Assembly (NCBI GenBank): GCA_039794845.1
Contig: JAUQVK010000073.1
Location: 1-40,299 of the forward strand
Direction: 5' to 3'
Length of the DNA: 40,299 nucleotides
Origin: Thermostichus sp. DRC_bins_24
GTDB lineage: Bacteria; Cyanobacteriota; Cyanobacteriia; Thermostichales; Thermostichaceae
This document shows, piece by piece, positions 1 to 9,208 of this stretch. The notes beneath the pieces were generated by a model. It saw only the letters and a list, made by a program, of their open reading frames with translations. It was not told the DNA's origin and did no database searches. The position numbers and the translations under genes were made by a program. The number at the start of each line of letters is the position of its first letter. The first letter of the stretch is position 1.

Positions 1-20
1 GGGATCCCTAGTGTTGCAGT

Positions 21-150
21 TACCAGACTTGAATGACAGGCCCTCGCAGATTGGAGCCCGTGGTGTGATAGCTGCCCATATCCACGGCAAAATACCAGTC
101 TTGACGGTCTTTCCAGAGGTATTCCAGGAGAAACAGAAGGTAGCACCACC
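21..150 (-). pseudogene. Possible Uma2-family endonuclease fragment
   Basis: A minus-strand frame reads ...CYLLFLLEYLWKDRQDWYFAVDMGSYH...QVW*, resembling the 'LEWLWRDRQDFF' segment of cyanobacterial Uma2 proteins. It has no clear start, stops early and lies next to a MITE. Weak resemblance only. Confidence 0.25.
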
Positions 151-190
151 CCCGAGAGGGATCCTTCAGGTCAGCATCTTTCCAATTAAG

Positions 191-373
191 TACAGCCCTT
201 TACATCAAGGACACGCTAGCGCGTTCGCTCATGGTGGCCCATGGGGCAACACTACTCCCATACAACAACTGCGGAGGTTGAGCACCCAACCCCCGGAGGG
301 ATTGTGCTCTGCACCCTCTAGAGCGGAACAGCAGGCATAAACCCTACCATAGAAAACCTGCGCAAGGGCTGTA
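191..373. mobile_element. MITE copy 1 (non-autonomous, 10-bp terminal inverted repeats including terminal TA)
   Basis: Starts TACAGCCCTT (191) and ends AAGGGCTGTA (373), a perfect inverted repeat. The interior aligns with 27916-28072 (AACAACTGYGGARGTTGAG, GTGCTC, TAGAAAACCYGCGCAAGGGCTGTA). No convincing ORF. Confidence 0.8.
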
Positions 374-450
374 TGGGCAACTTGTGGGCGGATCCTACGT
401 TATTCGCCATCCGCCAATCAGGATCCGACTTGGATCCCTTTTTCTGGCGT

Positions 451-1482
451 TCAGGCAGATCTGCCGTATACCCGCTCCAGAATCTCATATCTCAGCAGCT
501 CATCCAAATTGGGCGGATCCGGAATGAGGCCAAACTCACGTCCAACTCTGAGGGTTTGTTCCCAAATGGAGCGATCCATCCAGAAGAGGCCCTTTTCGGC
601 TGCTACCCCGATCTGCATCAGCTCGATCTGGGCGAGGTTTTCCGCGATCTGTTGCTCCAAATCCAACCCTTCTGAGTATTTGCGCACCGTCAATTCAGCT
701 ACTTCTTCCGGATTGGCAATGGCGTACTCCCAACCTTTGATCGTTGCCCGTAGCAAAGCTTCCAGGAGTTCTGGTTGAGTTTCCAGCACACGTTCTGTGG
801 TCAGCATTGGCAGCGCCTGTTGCTCAAAGCCCAAATCGTGATAAAGGAAGATGCGTGGCTCTACCCCAACAGCACGCATTTGCAGCGGCTGATTGGTGGA
901 GAAGGCTGTGAGCAAGTCCGCTTGATCCGTGAGCAGGGATGAGGCGTCAAAGCCGGTATTGACCAGCCGCACCTGATCCTCAGAAATGTTCAACACCCGC
1001 AGTACCACTCCCAAAGAGGCCCGACCTACCCCCTGCACAGCAATGCGCTTGCCCAAAAAATCGCTGGGGCCTTCAATGCCGCTATCGGCCCGACAGACCA
1101 GGCAATTGGGAGATTTTTGAAACTGCACCCCAAAAGCGACCAATGGCGCCCCCCGCGACCGGGCCAGAATGACTGAAATGACATTGGAATTAAACCCAAC
1201 CAAAGCCGACTGATTGGCCACCAACGAAATCGGGTCTACCCCGGGGCCACCGGCATTGAACTGCACGTCTAGCCCTTCATCCCGGTAAAAGCCTTTTTCG
1301 AGGGCATACCACATGCCCCCAAACTGGACATTGCGGATCCAGTTCAGTTGGAACCGTACCCCGGTGGCTGCCTGAGCAGAGCCAGATCCCCATCCCGCCA
1401 AAGCCAAACCGGCCAAACCTGCGGCTCCTTGCAACATCTGCCGGCGGCTGATCCCGGCCAAGGTAATGCGTTGCAAACTCAT
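451..1482 (-). CDS. ABC transporter substrate-binding protein, NMT1/THI5/SsuA-like, Tat-exported
   Basis: Twin-arginine signal SRRQML followed by a hydrophobic helix and AQA. QLNW..NVQFGG.WYALEKGFYRDEGLDV and 'LRATIKGWEYAIANPEE' are typical of the NMT1/THI5-like family. Confidence 0.88.
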   Translation of the reverse strand: MSLQRITLAGISRRQMLQGAAGLAGLALAGWGSGSAQAATGVRFQLNWIRNVQFGGMWYALEKGFYRDEGLDVQFNAGGPGVDPISLVANQSALVGFNSNVISVILARSRGAPLVAFGVQFQKSPNCLVCRADSGIEGPSDFLGKRIAVQGVGRASLGVVLRVLNISEDQVRLVNTGFDASSLLTDQADLLTAFSTNQPLQMRAVGVEPRIFLYHDLGFEQQALPMLTTERVLETQPELLEALLRATIKGWEYAIANPEEVAELTVRKYSEGLDLEQQIAENLAQIELMQIGVAAEKGLFWMDRSIWEQTLRVGREFGLIPDPPNLDELLRYEILERVYGRSA

Positions 1483-1587
1483 ACTCCAAAACCAATCTCC
1501 TCAACGTTGCCAAATTTTCCCTGAGCAAACCAACCCACTAACGCAAGACCAATCTCCAGCGACCAAGAGGCTTGCAGAGCAAAATAC

Positions 1588-1629
1588 AAAATAGGGGTTT
1601 GGCGAAGGCCGTTTGGTATTGAATGAGAC
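1588..1629 (-). promoter_or_regulatory. Putative NtcA-activated promoter
   Basis: On the minus strand, GTC-TCATTCAA-TAC (1629-1616; one mismatch to GTA-N8-TAC) is followed by exactly 22 nt and then TATTTT (TAN3T, 1593-1588), ~105 nt upstream of the substrate-binding protein start. Confidence 0.4.
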
Positions 1630-1810
1630 ACTATCTCAAGAATTTCGTGAGTTTTCTTCTGTATCTCTTGCTGGGCAGCTCTTTGGACCAAATCTGGCTT
1701 CCACCCTGTACTCGTGGAGGGATCCCTTCCCCCTTTCCCTTGATCGTAATTAGGAGAGGATCCCTGAGACGAACAGCTAAGATCACCAGCAACCGCAACC
1801 GCATCTGCCC

Positions 1811-2584
1811 ATGGATATTGAACTGCTGGTTCCTGACGTTGCCGATCTTGTAACTGAGGACGACACCCCAGTGGATAATTTTGCCTCCGAAAAGCAGCAG
1901 CGTCTCTTGACTGGGGTTCTCTACAGCGCTTTGTGCGGTAAGACCTTTTTGGCAGCAGCCAATGTGGGCATCTACACCGCCATCGGTCGGCCTCCGATTG
2001 TGCCGGATGTTTTTCTCAGTTTGGATGTCACTGTGCCGGAGCAATGGTGGGAGAAGCAGAACCGTTGTTACCTGCTGTGGCTGTTTGACAAGCCGCCGGA
2101 TGTGGTCGTTGAGATTGTCTCTAACCGCGAAGGCGACGAGTTGGAAAGCAAGCTGAGCCGGTATGAGCAGATGCGGGTTAGCTACTACGTTGTTTTCGAC
2201 CCGAATCATGAGTTAGGGACAGAAGAACTGCGGATTTTTGAGTTGCGAGGCCGTCACTATGTGGAAATGACCGAGACTTGGCTAGAACAGGTGGGTCTTG
2301 GGCTAACGGTGTGGGATGGGGTTTTTGAGGCGAAACAAGCCCGCTGGTTACGCTGGTGCGATGCTCAAGGGCAATTGCTTCTAACAGGGGATGAACAGGC
2401 CCATTTGGAGCGCCAAAGAGCCGAGCAGGAGCACCAAAGAGCCGAGCAGGAGCACCAAAGAGCCGAGCAGGAACGCCAAAGAGCCGAGCAGGAGCGCCAA
2501 AGAGCGGAGCGGGAACGCCGAAGAGCCGAGCGCTTGGCAGAACAATTGCGGGCTTTGGGTCAGGAGCCCGATGTGGAAGGATGA
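1811..2584 (+). CDS. Uma2 family (PD-(D/E)XK) endonuclease-like protein with C-terminal coiled-coil repeat
   Basis: TEDDTPVDNFASEKQQRLL, VPDVFLSL, PDVVVEIVS, YYVVFDP and WLRWCD motifs; (E-R/H-Q-R-A-E-Q)n tail. Confidence 0.9.
   Translation: MDIELLVPDVADLVTEDDTPVDNFASEKQQRLLTGVLYSALCGKTFLAAANVGIYTAIGRPPIVPDVFLSLDVTVPEQWWEKQNRCYLLWLFDKPPDVVVEIVSNREGDELESKLSRYEQMRVSYYVVFDPNHELGTEELRIFELRGRHYVEMTETWLEQVGLGLTVWDGVFEAKQARWLRWCDAQGQLLLTGDEQAHLERQRAEQEHQRAEQEHQRAEQERQRAEQERQRAERERRRAERLAEQLRALGQEPDVEG
2408..2533 (+). repeat. In-frame 21-bp tandem repeat, 6 copies (GAGCGCCAAAGAGCCGAGCAG consensus)
   Basis: Read directly from the sequence; encodes ERQRAEQ heptads at the Uma2 C-terminus. Confidence 0.95.
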
Positions 2585-2674
2585 AGCTCAAAAAGGCAAT
2601 CAGAAAAGCAATGGGGGATCCCCTTCAGCACTACACTCAGTAAGGAGTACCGTTGCCGGAGTGACGCGAAGACG

Positions 2675-3319
2675 TTGGATTCCCAAACTGGCTACCGCCG
2701 CCTGGATTGGTTGGCCTACTGGCTGTTCAAGTGGTTGGTGGTCAATCCCATGTTTCGTGGGTTGTATTTCGGGCAAACCCATGGGCAGGAAAATGTCCCT
2801 CGTCAGGGATCCCTGATTATTGTCAGCAATCATGCTAGCCATTTTGATCCGCCGTTGCTATCCAATGCGGTGCGTCGTCCTGTAGCCTTTATGGCTAAGG
2901 AAGAGTTGTTTCGGATCCCGGTGTTGAAGCAAGCGATTCGGCTGTACGGGGCCTACCCGGTCAAGCGAGGGGGCTCCGACCGCAGTGCCTTGCGAGCGAC
3001 GGAAATAGCCTTGGCGCAGGGGTGGGCGGTGGGGATTTTCTTGAATGGCACTCGCACTCCCGATGGTCGCATCCCTCATCCCCATCTGGGGGCAGCGTTG
3101 ATCGCCGCGCGAACCCATACACCTTTGTTGCCTGTAGCCCTCTGGGGAACCGAGAAGGTGTTACCTAAGGGATCCCGATGGCCACGGTTATTTTGCCCAA
3201 TCACGGTACGGGTGGGTGAGCTCATTGCTCCACCTGCCTCTGGGGACAAAACAGATTTGCTAAAGGTGACGGCAGAGTGTGTGGAAGCGATCCACGCCCT
3301 TTTGGATCAGGGGCGGTGA
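2675..3319 (+). CDS. plsC: 1-acyl-sn-glycerol-3-phosphate acyltransferase
   Basis: NHASHFDP (HX4D), FMAKEELF and IFLNGTRT motifs. TTG start is uncertain. Confidence 0.9.
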   Translation: MDSQTGYRRLDWLAYWLFKWLVVNPMFRGLYFGQTHGQENVPRQGSLIIVSNHASHFDPPLLSNAVRRPVAFMAKEELFRIPVLKQAIRLYGAYPVKRGGSDRSALRATEIALAQGWAVGIFLNGTRTPDGRIPHPHLGAALIAARTHTPLLPVALWGTEKVLPKGSRWPRLFCPITVRVGELIAPPASGDKTDLLKVTAECVEAIHALLDQGR

Positions 3320-3391
3320 CATGCCCTTAGACGCTACACCTACGGCAGGTTGCGTCAAGCTCGTCCAGAGCGCAGGGCTATCCCATGAGAG

Positions 3392-5248
3392 CTATCGGCT
3401 GGTCAGGCGAGTCAACACCTCGTTGGAGCGCTGCACAAAAGCCCGTGCAGAAGCGGGATCAAAACTCTTTTGGGTGATCAAAGCCAGATCGTAGATTTGA
3501 TTGCAGATCAACGCGACCAGATCGGGATCCCGTCCTTCATCGGAGAGAGTTTGCAGATTTTGCAGCAAAGGATGGGCCGTATTCAAGATCAGGGTGTGTT
3601 CCTCTAAAAACTCCAGTGGCTTCTGCTGCATCAGGGCATTCAGCTCTCGCAAACGCCGCAACGCTTCTGGCAGTAGGATCATCGCCGGAACCGATTCCGA
3701 TTTCAGGGCTTCGGCTTTCACCTGCAGCTTGTCTTTGCCGAGGGCTCGCTTAAACAAATCCACCAACTTTTCGCTGCGGGTTTTGTTGGTAACCGGATCG
3801 ACGATCTCAGTAGCTTTGTCTTTGTCCAGCAGGGTTTCGTCTAGCTCGGAATCCACCCGCTTGAATTGAATGCCGTCTTCCTTGTACTCTCGCTCTAAGA
3901 AGCTGGTGAAATGGCTGTCGATCCAACTGTCCAGCACCAACACCTCAAGCCCCTGCGAGCGATGTAGATCGATATAGGCACTCTGGGCTGCCTCGTCGGT
4001 GGCGTAGTAAACCCGCTTGTTTTGCTTCTCTCGGGTGCGCTCTAGGTAGCTTTGCAGGGTGACGTATTCCGGCCGGTCAGGGGCAGATCCGGCCAAACGG
4101 AAGATCAAAATATCCTTAATCTGGGCGAAAAACTTATCGCTGTTCATCGCCCCAAATTTCATGAATAGGCTGATGTCTGGCCAAACCTTAACGTACTCTT
4201 CGTAGTTGCTTTTGTACAGCTCATTCAGGCGATCTGCCACTTTTTTAGCCACGTGATCGCCAATACGCCGCACAGTGCGATCGTTTTGCAAAAAGCTACG
4301 GGAAACGTTAAGGGGGATATCGGGGCTGTCAATGGCACCGCGCAACGGTAACAGGAACTTCGGGATCACCTCCTCACAGTTGTCCTGCACAAACACCTGA
4401 TTACAGAACAGCTTCACCTGCCCTTTGGTAGGGTCGATATCCGGGCGCAACTTGGGAAAATAGAGGATCCCTTGCACGATAAAAGGATAATCGGTGTTGA
4501 TATGCACCCAAAAATGGGGATCCTCTTGAAACGGATACAAATAGCGGTAAAACTCCAGGTAGTCTTCGTCTTTGAGCTCGGAGGGTGAGATCTTCCAGAG
4601 GGGCTTTTGCTTGTTGATAACCTCCCCGTTCAACTTAATAGGGATGGGAATGAAGTCGCAGTATTTGCGGATCAGCTCCCGAATTCGGCTCGGCTCCAGG
4701 TACTCTTCGTTGTCGGGGGTGATGTACAGGGTGACGGTGGTGCCGACGCCGGTTCGTTCGGAATCCGAGAGGGTAAAGGTGGTGGTGCCATCACAGGCCC
4801 AATTCACGGGGGTACTGCCCGGCTGATAGGAAAGGGTGTCGATCTCTACCCGCCGCGACACCATGAAGGAGGAGTAGAACCCAAGGCCGAAATGCCCGAT
4901 GATCGCCTGCTCTGCTTCCTTTCCTTTGTACTTGTGGATAAATTCTTCGGCGCTGGAAAAGGCCACTTGGTTGATGTATTTCTTCACTTCCTCGGCGGTC
5001 ATACCGATGCCGTTGTCCGCCACCGACAAGGTTTTGGCCTCTTTGTCGAGGGTAATCACAATCTCTGGCTCAGGGGGATCCGCCACTTCCCCGGCAAGAC
5101 CGGCCATCTTCAACTTGGCAATGGCATCGGCAGCATTGGAAACCAGCTCCCGCAAGAAGATCTCTCGGTCGGAATAAAGCGATTGCTTGATGATCGGGAA
5201 GATATTCTCGGTGTGGATCGTGATGGATCCCTGCTCCAGCATGGTCAT
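3392..5248 (-). CDS. htpG: Molecular chaperone HtpG (Hsp90)
   Basis: IFLRELVSNAADA, DNGIGMT, IIGHFGLGFYSSF and DIPLNVSRS motifs. Start placed at the ATG of MTMLEQG. Confidence 0.97.
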   Translation of the reverse strand: MTMLEQGSITIHTENIFPIIKQSLYSDREIFLRELVSNAADAIAKLKMAGLAGEVADPPEPEIVITLDKEAKTLSVADNGIGMTAEEVKKYINQVAFSSAEEFIHKYKGKEAEQAIIGHFGLGFYSSFMVSRRVEIDTLSYQPGSTPVNWACDGTTTFTLSDSERTGVGTTVTLYITPDNEEYLEPSRIRELIRKYCDFIPIPIKLNGEVINKQKPLWKISPSELKDEDYLEFYRYLYPFQEDPHFWVHINTDYPFIVQGILYFPKLRPDIDPTKGQVKLFCNQVFVQDNCEEVIPKFLLPLRGAIDSPDIPLNVSRSFLQNDRTVRRIGDHVAKKVADRLNELYKSNYEEYVKVWPDISLFMKFGAMNSDKFFAQIKDILIFRLAGSAPDRPEYVTLQSYLERTREKQNKRVYYATDEAAQSAYIDLHRSQGLEVLVLDSWIDSHFTSFLEREYKEDGIQFKRVDSELDETLLDKDKATEIVDPVTNKTRSEKLVDLFKRALGKDKLQVKAEALKSESVPAMILLPEALRRLRELNALMQQKPLEFLEEHTLILNTAHPLLQNLQTLSDEGRDPDLVALICNQIYDLALITQKSFDPASARAFVQRSNEVLTRLTSR

Positions 5249-5360
5249 GGGCGGACTTAGCACTCAAACAGGCTCAGTGCTAATTTACAGAAGCAGAGGA
5301 ACCGACGACAAGCAGGCCCTCTTTCCAGAAATCCGCACTTGGAACCGAACCGACCGCCTC

Positions 5361-7841
5361 CTAAAGGGATCCTGTCGAAGGGGTGATCAGTACCGGAAAC
5401 TCGGCGCGGGCTGAGGGGTTTTCGGACAGTGGAGGGGCAGGCGTCATGCTGGGGTAGGGGATGCGTTCGTGATTGGATTCTCGCCAAACCTCCACAAACG
5501 CTTCCGCCACCACCTCCAGATCTTTCAGGGTGAGGCCGCTCTCGGCCAACTGGCCATCTTGCCAACGGGCATGCCCAATTTTTTGTACCGTCGCTTTCGC
5601 CCGCTCCATCACCTCAGGGCCAAACCCATCGCTCAAGGTCATGCTGCGCAGGGCGGCCTCACAAGCATCCGCCATCATCACTACCCCCGTCTCCTTGCTC
5701 TGGGGAATCGGGCCATCGTAGCGAAAAGGCTCCTGTGGGACAGGCTGATCCCCCGCCTTCAGCTGAGCTTGATGATAAAAATAGGCAATCAAAATCGTCC
5801 CTTGGTGTTCGGGAATAAAGGCTCTGACGGCTGTGGGCAGGTTGTATTGCTTGGCCAGCCGCAATCCATCGCTGACATGGGCCTTGATGATCTGGGCGCT
5901 GCGATAGGGATCGTCCAGTTGCGTATGGGGGTTAAGGCTGCCCATCTGGTTTTCGATGAAGTAGCGGGCCTGCAGCATTTTGCCGATGTCGTGGTAGAGA
6001 GTGCCGGTACGCACCAACTCCACATTCAGGTTCAGCTTTTGGGCAGCCCGTTCTGCCAGGGTGGCCACAAAGAGCGTGTGTTGAAACGTGCCCGGGGCTT
6101 CCGCCGCCAGTCGCCGCAGCAGGGTACGGTTGGGGTTACCCAACTCCAGCAATCGAATTGGGGTAACCAAATCGAATAGGCGCTCCAGGTAGGGGCTGGC
6201 CCCCAGGGCAACGATGCTCCACCCCAAGCTGGTCCCCCCTGCCAGAGCCATGGCTAAGAGGTCAATGCCCCCGGTGGTGGCCAAGCTGACCGCTCCATAA
6301 GCAAGCATCTGCACCAGCGCTGCCCCACCCCCCAACAAGGCCAACTCCTCTCGAGAGCGAGAACGCCCTGCCAAAGCGCAGGCCACCACACTGCCGCAGA
6401 GCAAGGGGACGAAGGTGAGCAGGCTGGCCGAGGAAACCAAGGGCAAAAGCAATGCCTGTCCCACCACCACCACCAAGCCCAATCCCGCCCCATAAAAGCT
6501 GCCCAGCAACAGTCCCACCGCCGGGAGAGAGCTAAATTGCAGCTTGAACAGAGCGGCCAAAAGCGGAGCCGTCAGGGAGACCATCAGGATTAACACCCGA
6601 TCCCGTCGGCGCAGATCCGGCTTCAGGCGTTTTTGCAGGGGCACAAAAATGGCCAGGCCCATGCCCATGACCCCGGCAACTCCCACCAAGCCCCAGATGT
6701 TCACCCCGCGTTGGGTAAGCCCAAAGTAATCCAAAACCAAGAAGATCTCAGGGGTAATGGTTTGATCTGCCCGCACAATCACCTGATTTTCGGCAACCGA
6801 GATCAAGACGGGTTCTACCTTCTCAATCTCGGCACGAATGCGTTGGTCTGTGCGTTGGGGATCCACTTCTACGTTGGGGATCAACACTTGGTTCAGCCAT
6901 TGATAGACCAACGCTTGCAGCTCCTGCCGTTGAGCCGCATTGCCAGGAAAGGCGAGATCGTCCAGCTGCGCTTGGATCCCTTCTGCGCGGACTTCACGGG
7001 GCAGCCCATCGACTATGCCAATCTTTTGTATGCGCTCCAGAGCCCGCCGACTCAGGTTTTGCAGGTGTTCCCAATCGGGATCCGCCAGATTGAGGACGGC
7101 GGCCGGAATCGGGGGGGTGAGCCGTTCCAACTCCGGCAAGGCTGTTTGATATTGCCGTTGGCTTGCTTCTACCTGGGTGACCAGTTGGGTGTAGGGATCC
7201 GCAGCGGGAGTCAGGGTGGCAGATCCATCCAACCAGGCCCTTTGCCATACCTCCACCAACTCCTGCTTGGCCCGTTGCTCTGGAGAGAGCTGATCCGGGC
7301 GATCGGCTGTGGTGGGCTGCAGGCGTAGGGCGGCAGCACGGGTACGGATGGCTTCTTGCCGGGCGCGATCCTGGAGTAGTTGCCAGTCTTCTGGAGGGAG
7401 CTGGCGCAGATAAATTTGCGTCAACAGAGACAGCAACTGGACGGAAACGTAGGGCAAAGGGCCGGCCTCCTGCCGAATTGCCTCCACTTCAGCCAGGATG
7501 GTGTCCAGATTTTGCCGCATGCTGTCGTTGGCGGCGCTGCTGATTCGGAGAGCCTGAACCACCCGTCGTCGGGCCTCGGCCTGTCGGGCTTGGGTTGCCT
7601 CCACATCTTCGATGTCTGCCGAAGCCGGGGCGAGAAACGTTTGCGGGGAACGACTGCCAACAGTCAGTTGGGGCTCGTTGTAGTAGCGGATCCCGTGTAC
7701 GGCGGTGAGCGAGAGAAGCGTCAGGGTGTAGCCCGCTATCTGACCGGAAAGGGTGGGCTTTTTTCGCCCGGTTGGGGTGGGAGAAGCCGACTGATGCCGC
7801 CGGGGCAAGCGTTCCACCACAGATGTGAGTAGGTGTTTCAT
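5361..7841 (-). CDS. 7TM-HD membrane phosphohydrolase (PgpH-like, putative cyclic-di-AMP phosphodiesterase)
   Basis: N-terminal TM helix, large extracytoplasmic domain and multi-TM block, then APGTFQH, YHDIGK, IIKAHVSDG, EHQGT, FRYDGPIPQSKE and MMADACEAA (HDIG domain). Confidence 0.9.
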   Translation of the reverse strand: MKHLLTSVVERLPRRHQSASPTPTGRKKPTLSGQIAGYTLTLLSLTAVHGIRYYNEPQLTVGSRSPQTFLAPASADIEDVEATQARQAEARRRVVQALRISSAANDSMRQNLDTILAEVEAIRQEAGPLPYVSVQLLSLLTQIYLRQLPPEDWQLLQDRARQEAIRTRAAALRLQPTTADRPDQLSPEQRAKQELVEVWQRAWLDGSATLTPAADPYTQLVTQVEASQRQYQTALPELERLTPPIPAAVLNLADPDWEHLQNLSRRALERIQKIGIVDGLPREVRAEGIQAQLDDLAFPGNAAQRQELQALVYQWLNQVLIPNVEVDPQRTDQRIRAEIEKVEPVLISVAENQVIVRADQTITPEIFLVLDYFGLTQRGVNIWGLVGVAGVMGMGLAIFVPLQKRLKPDLRRRDRVLILMVSLTAPLLAALFKLQFSSLPAVGLLLGSFYGAGLGLVVVVGQALLLPLVSSASLLTFVPLLCGSVVACALAGRSRSREELALLGGGAALVQMLAYGAVSLATTGGIDLLAMALAGGTSLGWSIVALGASPYLERLFDLVTPIRLLELGNPNRTLLRRLAAEAPGTFQHTLFVATLAERAAQKLNLNVELVRTGTLYHDIGKMLQARYFIENQMGSLNPHTQLDDPYRSAQIIKAHVSDGLRLAKQYNLPTAVRAFIPEHQGTILIAYFYHQAQLKAGDQPVPQEPFRYDGPIPQSKETGVVMMADACEAALRSMTLSDGFGPEVMERAKATVQKIGHARWQDGQLAESGLTLKDLEVVAEAFVEVWRESNHERIPYPSMTPAPPLSENPSARAEFPVLITPSTGSL

Positions 7842-7956
7842 GGCATTGTCCCAGGCAGAATCTTTCTCCTTTCTATCCCCTTTTGACCAGAACAACCCAG
7901 AAGTGACGGTTTCGATGCCTGGATTTCTGTTCTCCAGAGAGGCAATGGCTCAATCC

Positions 7957-8424
7957 TCAATCGCTGATGGTGATCTGTCCCAGCATTCCAGCTTCGGCAT
8001 GGCCGGGGATGGTGCACACCAAGGAATAGACCCCAGATTTCAGCGGGATAAACTGCCACTCCACCGCAGCTCCCGGCTTCAACTCGATTTCTCGGATCTG
8101 GCCTTTAATTTCCACACCCGCCACCTCCAGTTTGCGGGTCCAGACGGCATCGGCAAAATCTTTGGCGGTGAAGTAGTGCTTCAACGGGCTGGGGTTGCTC
8201 AGGTGTAGGCGATAGAGGCTGCCATTGCGGAACGAGAGTTCCCTGGGCACAAACACCAACTGACTGTCGGCAGTGCCCAGCTCGATGAACTGATCTTGCG
8301 GGGTTTGTTTGGAGAGATCCCGAGCTTGCGCTTGGCCCGGAATCCCCACCCCGATCCACAGTAGACACAGCCCCAGCAGTAGGCCGCGACAAAGCCAGTT
8401 CAGCATCGTATTCAAGCGAGTCAT
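7957..8424 (-). CDS. Cupredoxin (plastocyanin/azurin-like) copper-binding protein
   Basis: Signal peptide ending AQA; type-1 copper ligand loop CTIPGHAEAGM; upstream His in KHYF. Confidence 0.85.
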   Translation of the reverse strand: MTRLNTMLNWLCRGLLLGLCLLWIGVGIPGQAQARDLSKQTPQDQFIELGTADSQLVFVPRELSFRNGSLYRLHLSNPSPLKHYFTAKDFADAVWTRKLEVAGVEIKGQIREIELKPGAAVEWQFIPLKSGVYSLVCTIPGHAEAGMLGQITISD

Positions 8425-8535
8425 TTCAAGCGATCCATCAAGGACAAATAAGTACCAATCTAAGTACCAATCACCCGTGGGATGTCCCTAGTGTACGGGA
8501 TCCCTTTTCTGAGGGTTTCCTGCCCTACCTGATTT

Positions 8536-9204
8536 TTACCGCTCCTCTGCGTCTGTTTCGTCTATATGGAGTAGCACCGTTGGGGGTTCCTCCCCCAGCC
8601 TTTCCATGGCCACTGCAGCAGCATAGCCTTCTCCAAGAGCGAGGGGCAGTGTCACCCAATCCGGATCCCTGGCTAAAGCGGTGTACCCTGCCAGTCCGAT
8701 GCCCATGCCCTTCAGGAGCGCCTCTTTTTGGGTCCACAGCTGAAAAAACAAGGGATCCCGCTCTGGAGCTCGGCAGTCGGCCAAACGGGCTTGTTCAGTG
8801 GCAGAAAAATAGCGTTGCGCAATGCGCTGCCAGTGGGGCACCGGTCGAATCCATTCCAGATCCACCCCGATGCGGCGCTTCAACATCAGGCCGATGAGGA
8901 TGCGCCCGTGGGAATGGCTGAGGTTGAACTGAATCGGCTGGGAAGGCTCGGCCCAGTGGGGTTTGCCGGTGGCGGTGTATTGGATGGGGATGGCCTGCGG
9001 TGGCATGCCGCTGTAGTGGCTGAGGAGGGTTCGCAGCAGCAGACGACCGGCCCAAAAACGGCATCGATCCGCTTGCAGTTGGAAGCGTTCTGCCCGGTCT
9101 TGTTCTTCTGGGGAGAGGATCCCAAGGTGAGGCAGCAACTCCGCCAGCGGGGGAACTGCCTGCATCCAAATCTGCGCCACCCGATCCGATAGCTCTGGCT
9201 GCAC
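8536..9204 (-). CDS. 4'-phosphopantetheinyl transferase (Sfp/HetI type)
   Basis: GKP, FNLSHS, IGVDLE and FFQLWTQKEALLKG motifs. GTG at 9204 chosen to avoid overlapping the upstream gene (the ORF extends to 9261). Confidence 0.92.
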   Translation of the reverse strand: MQPELSDRVAQIWMQAVPPLAELLPHLGILSPEEQDRAERFQLQADRCRFWAGRLLLRTLLSHYSGMPPQAIPIQYTATGKPHWAEPSQPIQFNLSHSHGRILIGLMLKRRIGVDLEWIRPVPHWQRIAQRYFSATEQARLADCRAPERDPLFFQLWTQKEALLKGMGIGLAGYTALARDPDWVTLPLALGEGYAAAVAMERLGEEPPTVLLHIDETDAEER

Positions 9205-9208
9205 GGAT

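Noticed and set aside
11..340. 109-aa ORF at the window start
   Set aside because: It runs through the MITE and has no family motifs.
8536..9204. PPTase as a marker of an NRPS/PKS cluster
   Set aside because: No carrier-protein or synthase genes are in the window, and a lone Sfp-type PPTase is normal in cyanobacteria.
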